A stretch of 64,000 bases of DNA, taken from Monocercomonoides exilis PA203. Lineage: Eukaryota; Protista; Preaxostyla. The notes beneath the pieces were generated by a model. It was given only the letters and a program-made list of their open reading frames with translations. It had not been told where the DNA came from and did no database searches. A program made the translations under genes and the position numbers. The stretch is taken from contig LSRY02000002.1 of the NCBI GenBank assembly GCA_001643675.2, positions 2,294,001 to 2,358,000 of the forward strand, read 5' to 3'. Each line of letters begins with the position of its first letter. Position 1 is the first letter of the stretch. This document shows, piece after piece, positions 21,053 to 35,800 of the stretch.

Positions 21053-23023
21053 ATGAAAAATTCAACAGTAAAAATAGAAGTTTATCGCATCAGATGGTAT
21101 ATTCTGTTCCTCTTTTCACTTAACGCATGCCTCCAATCAGTTGAAATGGTTATTTACAGTACTGTCCCGGAGTCAATTTTTTCATATTATTCAGCAGCCA
21201 ACTTTTCCGCTGGTCATTTAAACTTATTTTTGGCAATCGGAAGTGCATCATTTATTGTTTTCGTATTTGTGATGATGTGGGTGGAAGCTTTGACAAACAA
21301 TTTTAGATTAATGTGTATTATTTCTGGAGTTACTTTGGTTGCTAGTTGTTTATTTAGAATGTTACCAACATGGTTTTCTTCCCTTCTGCCGTACTCATTT
21401 TGTTTTATTGTTGTTGGAGCCATTCTGAATAATATTGGGGCTGTATTTTCATATTCGTTGCCTTCGAGATTGAGTGAAACTTGGTTTCCTCCGAATGAGA
21501 GAACCCTTGCAACTGGAATAGGTACCCAACTTAGTCCACTAGGATGTGCATTGTCCTTTTTAATCGGACCACTAATTGTAAGGAAAGGCTCCGACTTTCC
21601 AATATTTCTTTACATTTGTCTTATATTACAAAGTATATGCACCTTATTAATGTTTATATACCTTCCTGCAGAGCCATTAAATCCACCATCACATTCTGAG
21701 TTACGAAGGAGAGAACAAGCAACCCTATCCAAAGTCAATCAAAAGATTACAGTTGGAGCAAAGCTTAAGAATTCGTTGAAGCCACTTGTTGCCATGATGA
21801 AGTGCTTTAAAAACCCAACATTCATATTTCTTTGCATTTCAGCAGGCATTCAGTCTGGAACAGCCCAGGCTTGGTCCTGCAATATTCCTCTTCTTTGTAT
21901 ACGAATGGGGTTTTCAGAAAGTCAAGGAGCAATATTAACAAGTTTACATCTTATAATGACAGTTGTTGGAGCAGTTGGTGCATCAATTATAGCAGGTCGT
22001 TGGATTCTTAAGAAAGATAAAATTTTAATGCTAATAATGTTTGTTGCCGGAGATGTATTGTCAATTATAATTATGTTGATGTTACCATTTGGGAAAGAAA
22101 CAACAAACGATAACGGAGCTGTACAAATATCATCTGTCATAAGCGGAATGGGAGTTGTCGGTCTAGGTGCATGCTTGTGCGTGTTTGGAGTGATAGTGGG
22201 AGCGCCTTTGCCTCTACTATTTGAGGTTGGTGCAGAAGTTACTTATCCACTTCCAGCAAGTGCTTCAGGAGGCGTTGCATCATTGTTTATTATGGGTGCC
22301 TATACGATTGTCCCGTTTTTATTTGCTGCATGTGGTGAAGGATGGATGACATTCATTGCAGTTGTGATGTTCGTCGTATCAACAGTGTGCCTTTTGCCCA
22401 CAAGAATAGTTTATCTCAGATCTGAAGTGGAAAACGAGAATCAGAGATCTGATTCTCACAGCAGTGCCACTTGTGAACAACCAGAATTATCCCAGGCAGA
22501 ACCAGGAAAAGTCAGAATTTGTTTAATAAATGAAGCAAACGCTGCACAAATTACTGAATCAATAGATATTAACATGAGCGAAGAGCAGAATTCTCCTATT
22601 ATTGAACAACCAATACCAACTGAATGCAATTTGAATTTGGATGAACAAGAATCGAATGAAGAAAGCAGCAATGATGTTGATGGAGATAGTATTGGGTTTG
22701 TTCAGTGCTCTCCTGAAATTGTTCGTCTTGCCCAAAGTCAATCACTTCCAGCACTTCCTACGTTTTCTTTTGCAGCATACACTTCTCTGTCCTTTTCAGA
22801 TTTGCCATCTTCATCTGCTTGTTGTTCTGCAACGCAAACGGATTCTAATTTTCTTTTTACAAAAACTCTTTCGAGCACCTCTGATGATGCTATGAAAAAT
22901 CTATTAGTTAATGCATCGCCTTCTGTTCCAGCAGAGCGAAGACACTCATTTAATGATTTTCTTTCAATGTCCGTGGATTTTCAACCAACAGTTTTGATAG
23001 GTGAAGACATATCAAATGGTTGA
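21053..23023 (+). CDS. MFS transporter, FLVCR/SLC49 (DIRC2-like) family, with ~200-aa hydrophilic C-terminal tail
   Basis: About 12 hydrophobic segments. Family motifs VYRIRWYILFLF, PSRLSETWFPPNERTLATGI, PLNPPSHS and PLLFEVGAEVTYP. Confidence 0.85.
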   Translation: MKNSTVKIEVYRIRWYILFLFSLNACLQSVEMVIYSTVPESIFSYYSAANFSAGHLNLFLAIGSASFIVFVFVMMWVEALTNNFRLMCIISGVTLVASCLFRMLPTWFSSLLPYSFCFIVVGAILNNIGAVFSYSLPSRLSETWFPPNERTLATGIGTQLSPLGCALSFLIGPLIVRKGSDFPIFLYICLILQSICTLLMFIYLPAEPLNPPSHSELRRREQATLSKVNQKITVGAKLKNSLKPLVAMMKCFKNPTFIFLCISAGIQSGTAQAWSCNIPLLCIRMGFSESQGAILTSLHLIMTVVGAVGASIIAGRWILKKDKILMLIMFVAGDVLSIIIMLMLPFGKETTNDNGAVQISSVISGMGVVGLGACLCVFGVIVGAPLPLLFEVGAEVTYPLPASASGGVASLFIMGAYTIVPFLFAACGEGWMTFIAVVMFVVSTVCLLPTRIVYLRSEVENENQRSDSHSSATCEQPELSQAEPGKVRICLINEANAAQITESIDINMSEEQNSPIIEQPIPTECNLNLDEQESNEESSNDVDGDSIGFVQCSPEIVRLAQSQSLPALPTFSFAAYTSLSFSDLPSSSACCSATQTDSNFLFTKTLSSTSDDAMKNLLVNASPSVPAERRHSFNDFLSMSVDFQPTVLIGEDISNG

Positions 23024-23822
23024 CAATATCTTTTTTTTATAACTTGGGATTGTGATTATTTTTTTGATTTATTTTCTTTTCGTTCTTATTGATAATTGCT
23101 CTTCTTTATTCTCTATAATAGTTTATCAGCAATTAGTAGAGCTGATAAAATAGTAATAATGAATTCTTGATTTGAATTTAGAGAAAAACCTTTTTGCGAC
23201 TTTTTACAAACATTCATTTTCACAATTAATTATTTTTTTGATTTTTTCCCCTCAACTCAACCATTCTCATTTTTTCAATTTGTTTAATTTGACTTTTTAG
23301 TTGTTTAACTCATGAAATTTCTTGTTTAAGCAAAAATTTACTTTTTTGTGATTTTTTTAAACGCTTTTGTTGGTTGTCATTTCATTTGACAACTTCTTTT
23401 TACCAAACTTTTTTTTTTCCTGTACAAACAAAAATATTTTGTAATGTTTCTTTTGGAGTTCTGTTTTTGGCTTGTATGTGTGTTCTAGGGAATATGAAGG
23501 AAGTGGTATATCCCTTTTTTGTTTCAATTTTTTTTATTGAATCCAAAAATCAAAATAAAACTTTGTAATCTGGAATATTTTTTCAATAAAATATCAAAAA
23601 ATAATTCATAACACAATTCAAAATAAAAATAAGTAATAAATTTTATTTGGAAAAATTAAAAAAAAATAAAAGAAAATTGGAGAATACAAAGACGATCAAC
23701 TAATATCATTAACAAATACAATAAACTATGAAGTGAAGGAAAGATAACTCATAAAATCTAATATTAATAACACGTTAATTATTATAAAAAATTAAAAAAT
23801 TACCCTATTTCTCTTTTCTTTC

Positions 23823-26800
23823 TCAAATAAAAATTTTTGTAAAGACATCTATTCCATCATTCTGAATGATTTGATCCATTAATCTATCCTGTTCTGCTTC
23901 CATGACAGCAAGTTCGATCTCCAAATTATCGTCTAACGAATCAGTTTTACTTGAATTATCCGAATCATTGCTTTTAACATCATCAAATAGATTTTCATCG
24001 CCAGATGGATCTTGCTCAATGTCTGACTGTCTGTCTGATTGTTCTTCGAATAGCTCTGAACTGTTTTTGCCACTGTCTTGTTTTTCAATATCGCTGCTAT
24101 TTCTAAAGTAAAGTGGATTCGCAGAAACAGAATTATTTTGAGCTTCAAATTGTTCCTCTTGCTCGTTCCGACTATTTCTTGAAGATGTTGGTCTGTAAGT
24201 TTGATCGTCGCCATCCGCGTTTGTTGAAAAATACGTGCTAACAGTCATGCGCGATGGAGCTCTCATATCGACAGTTGGCATAATCTGAGTAATTTCATTT
24301 GTATTATCGAAATTATTTTGTTGTTTAGACTTTCGCCTTCGTCCTTTTGCTGTATTCCTCATCATTTCATCTGGATACCCTTCGATCATTTGATCATTTA
24401 AATCCGGTTTTACAAATTCCTCATTGTCAATATTCTCAAGTGGAATATCATCAATTCGAACGGATTCATATCCATCAGCATCCCAATCTTTTGATTGATG
24501 CGTTGAAAATGAAAACATACTCATTGATTCTTCATTTCTGCTGCTCTCTTCAGTATAATCTGAATCTGATGTTTCTCTAAGAGGTTTTCTTAATCTTTTT
24601 GATCGTTTTCCTTTTTTGCCTTTCTTCTTTTTCTTCTTTTTCTTTTTCTTTTCTGTTGTACTAATCATTGGATCATCCATAATTCCGAATGCATTCATTG
24701 GATGCACAACAAGTTGGACACCTTCCACTTCTTTAACCGGATCAAACTCTCCAATTCCATTTATAAACTTAGATTCGCTTTCCATTCCATCAACCTCATA
24801 AATCGGGTCAAAGCCATTTAGCTCATTCTGTTCTGCAAACGCATCATCAAGATACTCTTCGGGTCGGATCTCAATGCCTTCTCTTCCTTCCCTGTATGGA
24901 TATGTTATTCCTCCAATTATTGAATCTTGCTTGCTTTCAGGTGCAGGGTCATCCCAAGTTGAATACTCTGATTCTGTGCTATCGCTAAGCGACTCTCCTG
25001 TTTTATGATTTGAAAGATTTGAAGACAAGTTGTATCCAACTTGCTTTGAGCTTCTCTTCTTCTTCTTACGTTTGCGTAAAGAAGAATCTGTTAAAGATGT
25101 TGAAGTTTCGTTAATTGTTGAAGAAAGCATTTCCATTTCAATATCATTTCCCATCGTGGAATTATAATCATCACTGGAGCCTAATTCTCTTTCTTTATCT
25201 TCCTGTTGCTCATACTGCTGTTTGGTCAAAGGTAACAGATTTGCTGTACTTGAATCCATTTCGCTTGATATTGTTTTCGAATCTTGTGCTTTCTCATTAT
25301 CAGAAATAACTTGTTTCTTTTCTTGTTTAACTGTTTCATCATCTTCTGTATTTCGCCGACATATGACAACACAAATAATAATGGCAATAATGCATATTAG
25401 AAGAGTGGCAGCTCCAAGAGCAATTGCTACAATCATTCCAACTGTTAAGACATTTGCATCTGAAGACTTGGTTATTGGATCAGGATTTGGAACTGGATCT
25501 GGGCCTGGACCTGGTGTTGGACCAGGGTCATCTTTTGAGTAATTCGCAAGGACAAATTTTGTTGTTTGCCAGGTTTCATTTAATGGATTGCGAAGTTCGA
25601 AACTCAACCTTACAGCTTTAATGAAAGTGACATCAAAATTAGATACTGAGCTTTGAAAAGACGAATTGATAAGTTCCACTGGAACATTAACTTCCAAAAA
25701 CGTTTCATTCACATAATTTGTGGTGTTGTCAAGCCTCATTAATTCTTCTTCTGTTTCATTTTGCCAGGTTATATAAAGTACAACCGAAATATTGCATGGA
25801 ATTAGTTTCTCTCCTTTAAATTCAAATAATGAATATGTGTCTGGATCTCTACTTATTACGTGCTGGAATGAATGAATGGTAGGCATAAAAACAAATCCTT
25901 GATTTTGATTCGCAATTCCTTTCAATTTGCATCCACTTGCATATATCCATTCATCGAGCGTTTCTTGAGCTGATTTTGCAATACCCAACTCTGAACCTTC
26001 TTCACACAAAATATCACGTGCAGCTGATGGAAACAGTTGATGCTGCGCAGTCATTGAATTAAATGTAGAGAAATTAACATCATTAAGAATGATATTTGCC
26101 TCAATCAAGGAAATTCCACCACTCATTTCTGTCTTTATCGAACTATTTTCTATGCTTCCTGTTGAATTTTCAAAATGAACGAGAGAACTACCCCAGCTAC
26201 ATATCTCATCATACTCCTCGTTGAACGCAACTCCTTCAGCAATATTTGGCTCCAAAAGAGAAACATTTTGCCACACGACTTGTGAGAAATATATCGCCGC
26301 AATTGATCCTTTCGATAAACTTGAAGTGCAATTTTCCACAATTACATTTTTCATCACAATTTTTGGACCACGGGTAATGAGGAAAGAAGGTGATGACTCA
26401 TCTAAAACAGATAAATCTTCAAACGAGCAATTTAGAAAGCTAACAGAAGCATTTTTCGTCGCAGTTGTACAATTGAATAAAGATGATTCCACAGAAGTCA
26501 ACATGTTTAATTGTACTCTTTCAAAAATAGCAGTTGTTTCTCCTTCAACAAGGAATAATGAGTTCTGATATCTGATGTTAGTTTGAGAAAACTCTTTTAT
26601 CCGCATTGTTCCATTTGTCAGATGCGCAATTGAAAATGAAAAATAATCGACAATTCCCTCTTCGTGCAAAGAATGCGTGAGGGCGCATTCATTCAGCAGT
26701 AAAGATTTGCCTTGTATCTGGAACAAAGCGTTGTGATATCCAAGAGACTGACCAATCACAAAATTAATGTAATGTATTTCAGTTTCCGCTTTAATTGAAA

Positions 26801-29800
26801 CCATCGAAGATTCAACGCCAGAAATGTTCGTTATTTTTACAACTGCTTTGCTAATAGAACGATCACTGCTTTCATTTTCTCTTGAACTTATTGAAAGTGC
26901 ATTTGATTCAACATTTTCTGCTGTTATAACATGCTTGTATACATCCAATAGCATCTCGCCTCTTAATTCTCCTTCCTCGCAAATGTAGATCTTTCTCTCA
27001 GCTCCTCGTTGCCTTTGAACGGCGTATTCTAATGATTGGCATGCCATGAATGAAAATCCACAGACTCGCATATTCCACCCAGTCAGACTAACCCAAATCC
27101 ATTCACTTATTGGCATAAGATACCAACGCAAAGGAACAGGAAACGTTTCATTAAGCTCATCATATCCCATCATCGCATTGTCAGGCGGAAAGTCTGTCAA
27201 ATTTACAAAAGGCAAAGTGTTTTGATTCACGATATTAGGTAGAACAGGAGCGCAAATGAAAATGTTATATCCAAGTTCTGCTTGATTCTCAGAAAAGTGA
27301 GGCGTATGAATCAAGAAATCTGATGTATCCACATCAACTTGCACACAAATTGCGCCTCCTTTGCCATTTGTATTAGCTTCATACGGAGCGGTGCAGGACG
27401 TAAAGTTAGATTCGTCAGCTCTCCATGTTGTGTAGGCACTTATTTGAACAAAAATTGCTCCTCCACAGTTATCATCCGATGTAAATCCGCTCTTTGAATG
27501 AGAAAAATGAGAATTTTCTTTTCGAGACTTCTTGCTGACTGAATTTAAATTGGATTCCGGCAAATTAGATGATTTAGCGGATGAGTACTTCCGCACAGAG
27601 CTTGAGCTAAAGCTGCAATTGGATATAGAAAATGCAGAGTCAATAGTTGTTTCGGTTAGCATTGACAAACATCCTCCTAAACCATTTTTCCTTTCAATAT
27701 TTTCAAAAACCGAAGAAGTGATTGACATGTCAGTTGTTGCTGAAGAAGAAATAACAGCCTGATTGTTCAAGGCAATATGCTTAAAAGACAGCGAATTCAA
27801 GTGCAATTGGGATTTACTTGTTCCAGAAATAAGAGGAATATTTGGGATGGATAAATCTTGGACACACGAATGCAACGTAAATTGGTTGATTTCCAAAATT
27901 GTTCCCTCATTAAATGCGCAAAACAGTTCTGTAAAATATTTTAACGGGGCTGAATCATCATTGGAAATACTTGAGCCAGTGTCGTTTGCAGTGCAGATCA
28001 TAAAATCCGTTACGATTGCCGTTCCGCTTGTTGCCCTAAGAATATGGAAAGAAATACTTTGCGTTGCAGGAGTCAGAACGAGGACAGTTGCACTCATATT
28101 CAAAAATTGGCCATTTTGATCGATTAATGTCTGATGAAACTGCAAGGATGAAACAACAAATGAAATATGAGTTGTTGTTAATGATTTTGCATTGTTAAAG
28201 ACTCCTTCTTGAAGATGAGTATCATCATTAACAACAATCAACTCAGATTGTTCAGTCGAGCTGTTGCTTCTCAAGTTTATCTCAACTGAGAAAGAGATTT
28301 CTTCATCCAATTCCAATGTTTTATTTATTGTAATATCTTTCGAATTCGAGACTTGTCGCTTGATAGACCAAGGAAGAGTTTGACAGCAATATTCGTTATA
28401 CCCACAAGCAGTTGTATCCACTCCATCGCTTGTAACATACAAAGTTGGATGTTGATCGAGAAGGTAGTACACAATTGGTACAGAGAAAGAAGGATTGTGC
28501 TGATCAAAACCGCAAAACGATGAATGGTCAAAGTAGTAGCTATCGGGATATATGGGTGCAATGAATGGCATAGATTCATTTTTAATTGTATTATTTAGTG
28601 CCGCAGATGTAATGAAAATATCTCTTCCGTATTTTGCTGTATTTGCCAATGGATTATCAAGAGAATAGAATGTTGGATTTGATACCATCCAATCGCAGCC
28701 ACCATCTGGTGATGAGACACTTACATAAAGTCCTCCACCCAACCCATTCTCGTTTGAGCCAAAAGGCGCTGAACATTCAGAGAAAGTGCAGCCGTCAATC
28801 CTGAGCCGCGATCTTTTAACGGATAAAAAGCAAATTCCCCCTCCCATCCCTTCAATTTCTGTAAGCGGTTCATTTGAAACTGAACAACGAGTGAAGTTGC
28901 AATTTTTAAGATAAGTCTGTGAAATAGTTAGAGAAGTTTGATCTGCAAATAAGCTTCCTCCTTTTCCTCCTCTTCGAGTTATATCAGTAAATGAAACAGA
29001 ATCCAAGCTTATTTGTATGACTCCAACAATCTGAAGCATGGGAGAAGTTGACAATTGGATAGAAGAAAACGTTCCATTTTTCAAAGTGATCGCTTGAACT
29101 TTATTTGCATTCAAAAAGCTACAAGCATTAGCTACAGCTCCTTCAGATGTTTCTTCGCTATTTCGTGTTAATGGTTCATTTGTTGATGTAATGTTAGTTA
29201 TGACATAATTTGATAAAGAAAACGTAGTTCCTTCTCCAGAGAGTTCGATGAAAGAGACTAATGCCTCAGCAGCGGAATCATGAGTTACAACAAAATTATT
29301 AATGTTCAAATCCCCTGAAATGGATTTGATAAATGCCACATTTAAAGAAGGCTGAGATTCGGCCAAAAATTGTACTTTACAAATTGAAAGCTGGAAGGAT
29401 CCTCCTTTTTGATAGAAGAAGCATTCAGGTCCGCCTGTTGTTTGAGGAAGGAACATTTTAAAACTGCTAATGGTTACTCGTTTGCTTGACTCAAAAAATC
29501 CAATTTGCAATTGATTGGAGGAAGAAGAAAGAGGAACGAACGTCCAACTGGAGTAGATTAATTCTTGTTCGATTTGCTGACTTTCAGGCAATGATGAAAT
29601 TGCTTTACTATTCGAAAATGCGACCAGTTCGGAATCGGTATCTTCGCCTTCATCATCAACTACAATAGGCGTTCCATCGATAACAAGTGTAGCTCGATCA
29701 ATATCCCATTGGTCGGTAATGATGATATCCTTTATAACTTTAACACGACCAATAATAACATTGTTTTGCCTGTTTAGCGCATAATTTAATGTTTTGCATG

Positions 29801-32800
29801 TGTATGATTGAAATCCACACATCACAACATCTCTTCCATCAGAATTTGATACAAACACATCAGTGCCCAGAGGAATGAGCAAGAAAACCAAAGGAAGAGC
29901 TAAGCAAGCATCTCTGCTATCAAATCCCTGCATCGAAGAAATATCTTCTTTGTGAATTTCGATATACGTGATTTGAAGCCGATCTTCAGTGATTGTTGTC
30001 AGAAGAGAAGACGAGTCAACAAACAAATCTCGTCCATACATAGCTTTGTTTGCTCTTAGTCCTGTTTTTGGTTCGCATTCCAATCGTGCTAATCTCCAAT
30101 CAACATCTGCATTGTTGAGGAAGAGAGATATTCCACCTCCAATGCTCAAAGGCTTGATTACGCACTCATCTTCGTTTGATAACGATGAAACGGGAAGCTT
30201 GCAAGAAAAGCAGCATAAATCATCCATTTCCAATTGAACTCCACAGCTAATTTCAGCAAATATCGCTCCTCCTCGTACAAAATCATCAGTAAGCTCTGAA
30301 TCAAAATTACCTGAACGATGAGTGGAAGCAAATTGAGACACTTCGCAAGATTCGAAAGTGCAATTGTGAATCTGAATAAGTTGGTTGTTTGCATCGCAAG
30401 TCAATACAATGTCATCTTCTCCTCCTTTAATGCATATGCACCCTCCATTTTTGCTTTCTTTACTGATGTTCTGAAAACGAGATCCAAATGTAATGAAATT
30501 CAAAGGCTTCGATATGGAAATAAAAGGCAAATCTGCTATAGATGATTTATGAACTTCGAAAGAAGTGAGATTAACACTGCTTCCTTCATCGCATGCAACA
30601 AACGAAGAATGTCCAGAAGAATACTCTTCAATAATTGAATTTTCAGTCATTCTCAAAGTTGCTCCAGGACAGACTGAAATCAGAGGATCATCACCGCTCA
30701 CTGATATTTTTCCGAATGTGGCGGAAGAGAAGAAGATAGAAGCAGATGCACTTGTAAGTGCAAATAGAGTACAATTGATTGATAAAATTGGTTCATCATT
30801 TGCAATGCATCGCTTCGAAACAAAAGGCGAAGAGGATATTATATCTTGATTGCTATCAGCTTCCAACGAGAAATGAGAGAGAATTACGCTACCTCCGCTT
30901 GCCGAAATGAATGAACAATTTATTGCATGCGTATCAGGGAAAGGATATAACGAACAATATGAAAGTGTGAGTGTTTGTGAAGAATGATCAATAAGTGACT
31001 TATGCGTTTTGACATCTGAACCAAAGATGAAACTTATTCGATTAAATGTGCATTGAGCAGATAAAGTGAAAAAGTTGTTTTTCTCATTCGCTGCATCTTC
31101 TGAAATAATCATCTCAGAATTACTTTCTGTATCGTTGGATGTTAAAATGAAAGTTTTATCAGAAAATTCGAGCTCTTCTTTAAATTCCATTGTTTTATTT
31201 ATTGTGGCATCTCTGTTTGCTTTTGATTGTCTCCACAATGCCCAAGAAAGTGTATGACAGTGATATTCATTAAAGCCGCAAGCTGTAGTGTCAACTCCTT
31301 CAATCGAAACATAAATAGTCGAATGTTTATTTAGCAGATAATAAACTAAAGGAATCGAATAAGCAGAATTATGCTCGTTGTATCCTTCTAGTGATGAATG
31401 ATCGAAATAATAGCCCAATGGATATTCAGGTGAAACGAATGGAAGTGTATCATTAGTTATTGTTTCATTCAATGAAGATGAGGAAATAAAAACATCTCGT
31501 CCAAAAATAGCATTGTTCTGATCCTCGTCTCCAAGCACAGGAAACACAGGATTTGAAATTTTCCAATTTGTAGAAGCAAGTTCCATGTGCAAGTATATCG
31601 CTCCTCCATAACCTTTTGCTGTGTCCCCTTCAAAAGGAGCACTGCATTTTCTGAATGTGCAGGATGTAATTAAGCACTCAACCGTTTCAGAAGAATAAAT
31701 AAATAATGATCCCCCTCTTCCATCAGCTTCTTCAGTTGAAGATGATATCGCACCAGACAAGAAATTGCACTGATTAATATTTATTGAAGATTCAGCATCA
31801 TCTTCTGAAGAAGCTTCATCTGCTCTACAATCAAATGCAATGCAACCACCATCTCCAGATGATAATGAAACATTTGTGAAGTTAGAAAGCGAAAGAGCAA
31901 GCACTGGATGAGAAATGGATTTAATTGCAGAAGAATAAAAATTAATGTTACTAATTGAAGTATTGATGATTGAAGTTGAAGCTTCAACAGCATCCAATAG
32001 AGTTGAGCAAGAGTTCACGAAGCCATCAATTAAGCACGAGGATACTGTTAAATTGGCTGAATTTTGCTTTAGAAGAGAAGGCGCATCAGCTGAAACAATA
32101 GCCATGCGAATGTTTAAGTTATTTATCGAAACATTTGATGTTCCATTTAGGATAATAACTGAAGTATTGTTAATTGAAATTGGTGATTGTTCAACTTCTT
32201 GATTTGAATGACTCACCAACGAAGAAGCAGAAAGAATATCAGTTGCACGTAAATCACTAAAAGGAATAGTTGGTATAATGTTAAAGTCTTCAATCGAAAT
32301 TTGTCCGCCAACAGCAATGAACAACGGGTAATTAAAAGACGAGTCAGATTCTTTTGGAATTATTGAAGAAGAAGAAATAGCAGTGTAACCATCTGTCGCT
32401 AGAAGAAGGCATTCGTGCATAGACGATAAAGAAGACGGGATGCACAAATCAAGCTTTGTAATTGAAAGAGAATGAGAGTTCCCAATTACACCTAATTGGC
32501 TATCCTTCCTGTTGACATCTATTTCAAAATAGTTTTGTTCTCCAATGCCTCTAATTGCAAGGCCTTCCCTTTCATATGCAAACTCTTCTGTAAGAACAGT
32601 ATGCGAATCAACTGAAACAATCATCTTTGAAGATAAGCATCTATGCAAAGAAGCCCAATGAAGAGATTGACATTGATATTGAACAAATCCGCAAGCACGA
32701 GTATCAATTCCTTCCGAATTGAGATACACAATTGGTACTTCAGGATCCGTTCCTGGCTCAACGTGGAAAGGAAGAAAGATGAATGGCAAAGGGACGATAA

Positions 32801-35800
32801 CTGAAAGGTTCGAAAGATCAACACCTTGAAGCGAAGAATGATCGAATGAATCGTCTGCTGCGTAGTCTTCAGGATTATTGCTCAAATATGGTAAAGAGGA
32901 ATGAGTTACTGCTTCGAACAAAGCAGAGCTAAACAGAAATAGATCGCGACCAAATGTGGCTTTATTTTTTGTTTCATCAAAAGTGCTACTACCAATAAGA
33001 GGAAATGATTGAGAAGAAATGCACCAAGAAATTTCGCTGTCTGGAGAGTCATCCTGAAAGCTTAGGCATATTGCTCCTCCATAACCGCTATCCTCTGGAG
33101 AATCAGAAACTTCACACTTCTGGAACGAAGAATTTGATATTTTTAGTTGTGTGCTTCCTTTCAATTGCATAAATACAGCAGCTCCTGACGTATTCTGCAC
33201 ACCAGATCGAGATTCAATGATACAATTATCAAAAGTACATTTTTCAATTGAAATCGATTGATGAGAGATTTCTTGATTTCTTCCATCTTCAGATATTTGG
33301 ACGTCTAACGATATGCAACCACCTTTTAATCCAGAATGTGAAATGCTCATGAAAGTTGAATTACTCAGCGTAACTTTTCCTTGCACCGTGACAATGAAAG
33401 AAATTGCAGATGACTCGTTTGAATGGAACTGGGGTATTGAAATATTCTTGATTTCTGTAACATCACATTTGCTTATTGAGATCAACGATGCATTTCGAAT
33501 CTCATTTTCATTGAATAATACCGTGTCTAATATTAATGAAGTCTGAAGAGAAGAAGCAACAAGTAAATAGTCAGTTGTGCCTGTAGAAAATATGCAATTT
33601 TTCATGGAAAGAGATCCTTTTGTACAATCAAAGAAATTATTTCCTTCTGAAATTGTTGAAGCAAACGTCGAGTCACTTACAGTTAGTGTAACTTCGGATG
33701 TTGATATGAAGCTTTCATTCATTCGAAGATCTGTATAGAAGCCACTTACAATACTTAATATTCCATTTGAGGCAGATATCATTTTATTTGAATGAGAAAT
33801 AATGTCTGTTATATTAACATCAGTCCAAGAAAGGAATCCTTCTTCAACTGTAACGATTGAAGATCCGTCCATAACAATAGTTGAGATATTTACATGGCTC
33901 CAAGTCAGCGAGCTTTGAGAAGCCAAATCGAAAACAGGAGATGTTCCAGATCTACTATGGTTGTTGAATATCATGTTATTTAATTGAAGAGTCCCTCCAT
34001 TGAATTTAACAATTGATGCAAAATATTCAGTAAGCGAAGTGAAGTTACTATCGGAGAACATTAATGAAGCCTGATCAGAAATTTCTATGATTGATTTCTC
34101 TCCAACAACGACTGTTTCAGTGAATAAAATACTGCGAAGTATAACTCGAGTTGCATTGCTTGACGCAACAATAAATTGCGTATTTTGAAATTTAATTGGT
34201 CGTAGAATTGCATCAGAGTCATCATTCAAAGATTCTGGAAGCAAAATTGGAGCAAATGCACATGGCTTTATTTCGAATTCACTTATATCAACACCACCTT
34301 CAGTAGAAACCAAAAACGGATATCCAATACCGTTTGATGGATCAGTTGGTATCAGATCTGCTTTATTAATAGTGAGATATCCCCCGATTTGTGCAAAAAA
34401 TGAAGTTTGTGTTGTTAAAGAAAAAGGTAAGCAAAAAGAAATATTCTGAAATTGGAGAGTATGAGACACTTCAATGAATCCAGTCGAAGATGGCTCAGCT
34501 TCTCCCTCAGAAGAACAAGGGATAGTTTGAACCAACGTTTGATTCACAACAAATTGAGCTTTATTTTCTGAAGAATTGACTTTGTTTAATTTTCTTTCAT
34601 TCAAAGGACAAGAAATATAAACAGTGCTATGAATGATGATTGATATAGACACCTCTTCTTCTGCTAATTGAATCGAATATGAAATAGATTGACAATGATA
34701 CTCTTCAAAGCCGCAAGATGTTGTGTCTTCCCCGTTTGCAGAAACATGCAATGGCTTGCCTTGTTTATTCATCAAGTAGAAAATGAGGGAAATAGCTGGC
34801 TCCTTATGACTGTCAAATCCGATTAAGGCCGTATGATCGTGCTCTTCAGCTTCAAGGTCGACGAATGGAAGCCGGCAGCATATAATGCTAATCAACAAGG
34901 AATTTGACGATACAAACAAATCTCTCCCCATCGAAGCAGAGTTTTGGGTGCTGTCTCCTAACACCGGGAAAGTTGGGTTCACAATCATCCAATTTACGTC
35001 AGGATCTGAAAGGAACAAATACAATGCACCACCCTTTCCAGTATCATTTTCTTGATATGGAGCAGAGCATGAAGAAAAATTGGAGTTATTAACTACAGCA
35101 GTAACTTCATTCGTTATTTGAATAAACAAGCATCCTCCGTTACCGTCAGAAAGTGGGCTATCAGTAGAATTTTCAATTTTGCAATTATCAAAATCACACG
35201 ATTCAACGAGGATAAGTGGCTTCGTATCATCAATTGAACATTCAGTAAGATCGCAGCTGCCCTCGTTTCTCAGACCATTGTTGGTAGTTATTATCTTTCC
35301 GAAAGATATGCACGATCCATCACTTGATTGACGACTGATATTTGTGAACGTTGAATTACTAATAGTTACTGGAAGATTTGCTTTGTTAAATGAAAGAACA
35401 GCACAGGAGATAAGGTTAAGATCAGAAAAAGTGGTTTCATTTATTTCGACTTGGGTTCCATCTTCAATCTCAACAATTGGAGAAGTTAAATTTTGCATAT
35501 TGCTAAATGTAGATTGCAATATTGAAATGGAAGATTGAACAGATTTAATAACTGAAATTGAAGATGTCAAAGATGTGATTGTCGATTCTGATATCGATAA
35601 TGAAGAAGAACTTTTAGCAACAAATATTGCATTATCTTCCACCGATAAAGAGGAAAATTTTGTATTTTGCAACGTCATTGAAGTGATTTCAGCAATTGAA
35701 GACTGACTGACCTTTAAAAGAGAAGAAGAAATGACTATTGAAGGAAGATCTGAAACAGAAACGTCTGAAGTACTCACTTCCTCTGACACATAAGGCATAA

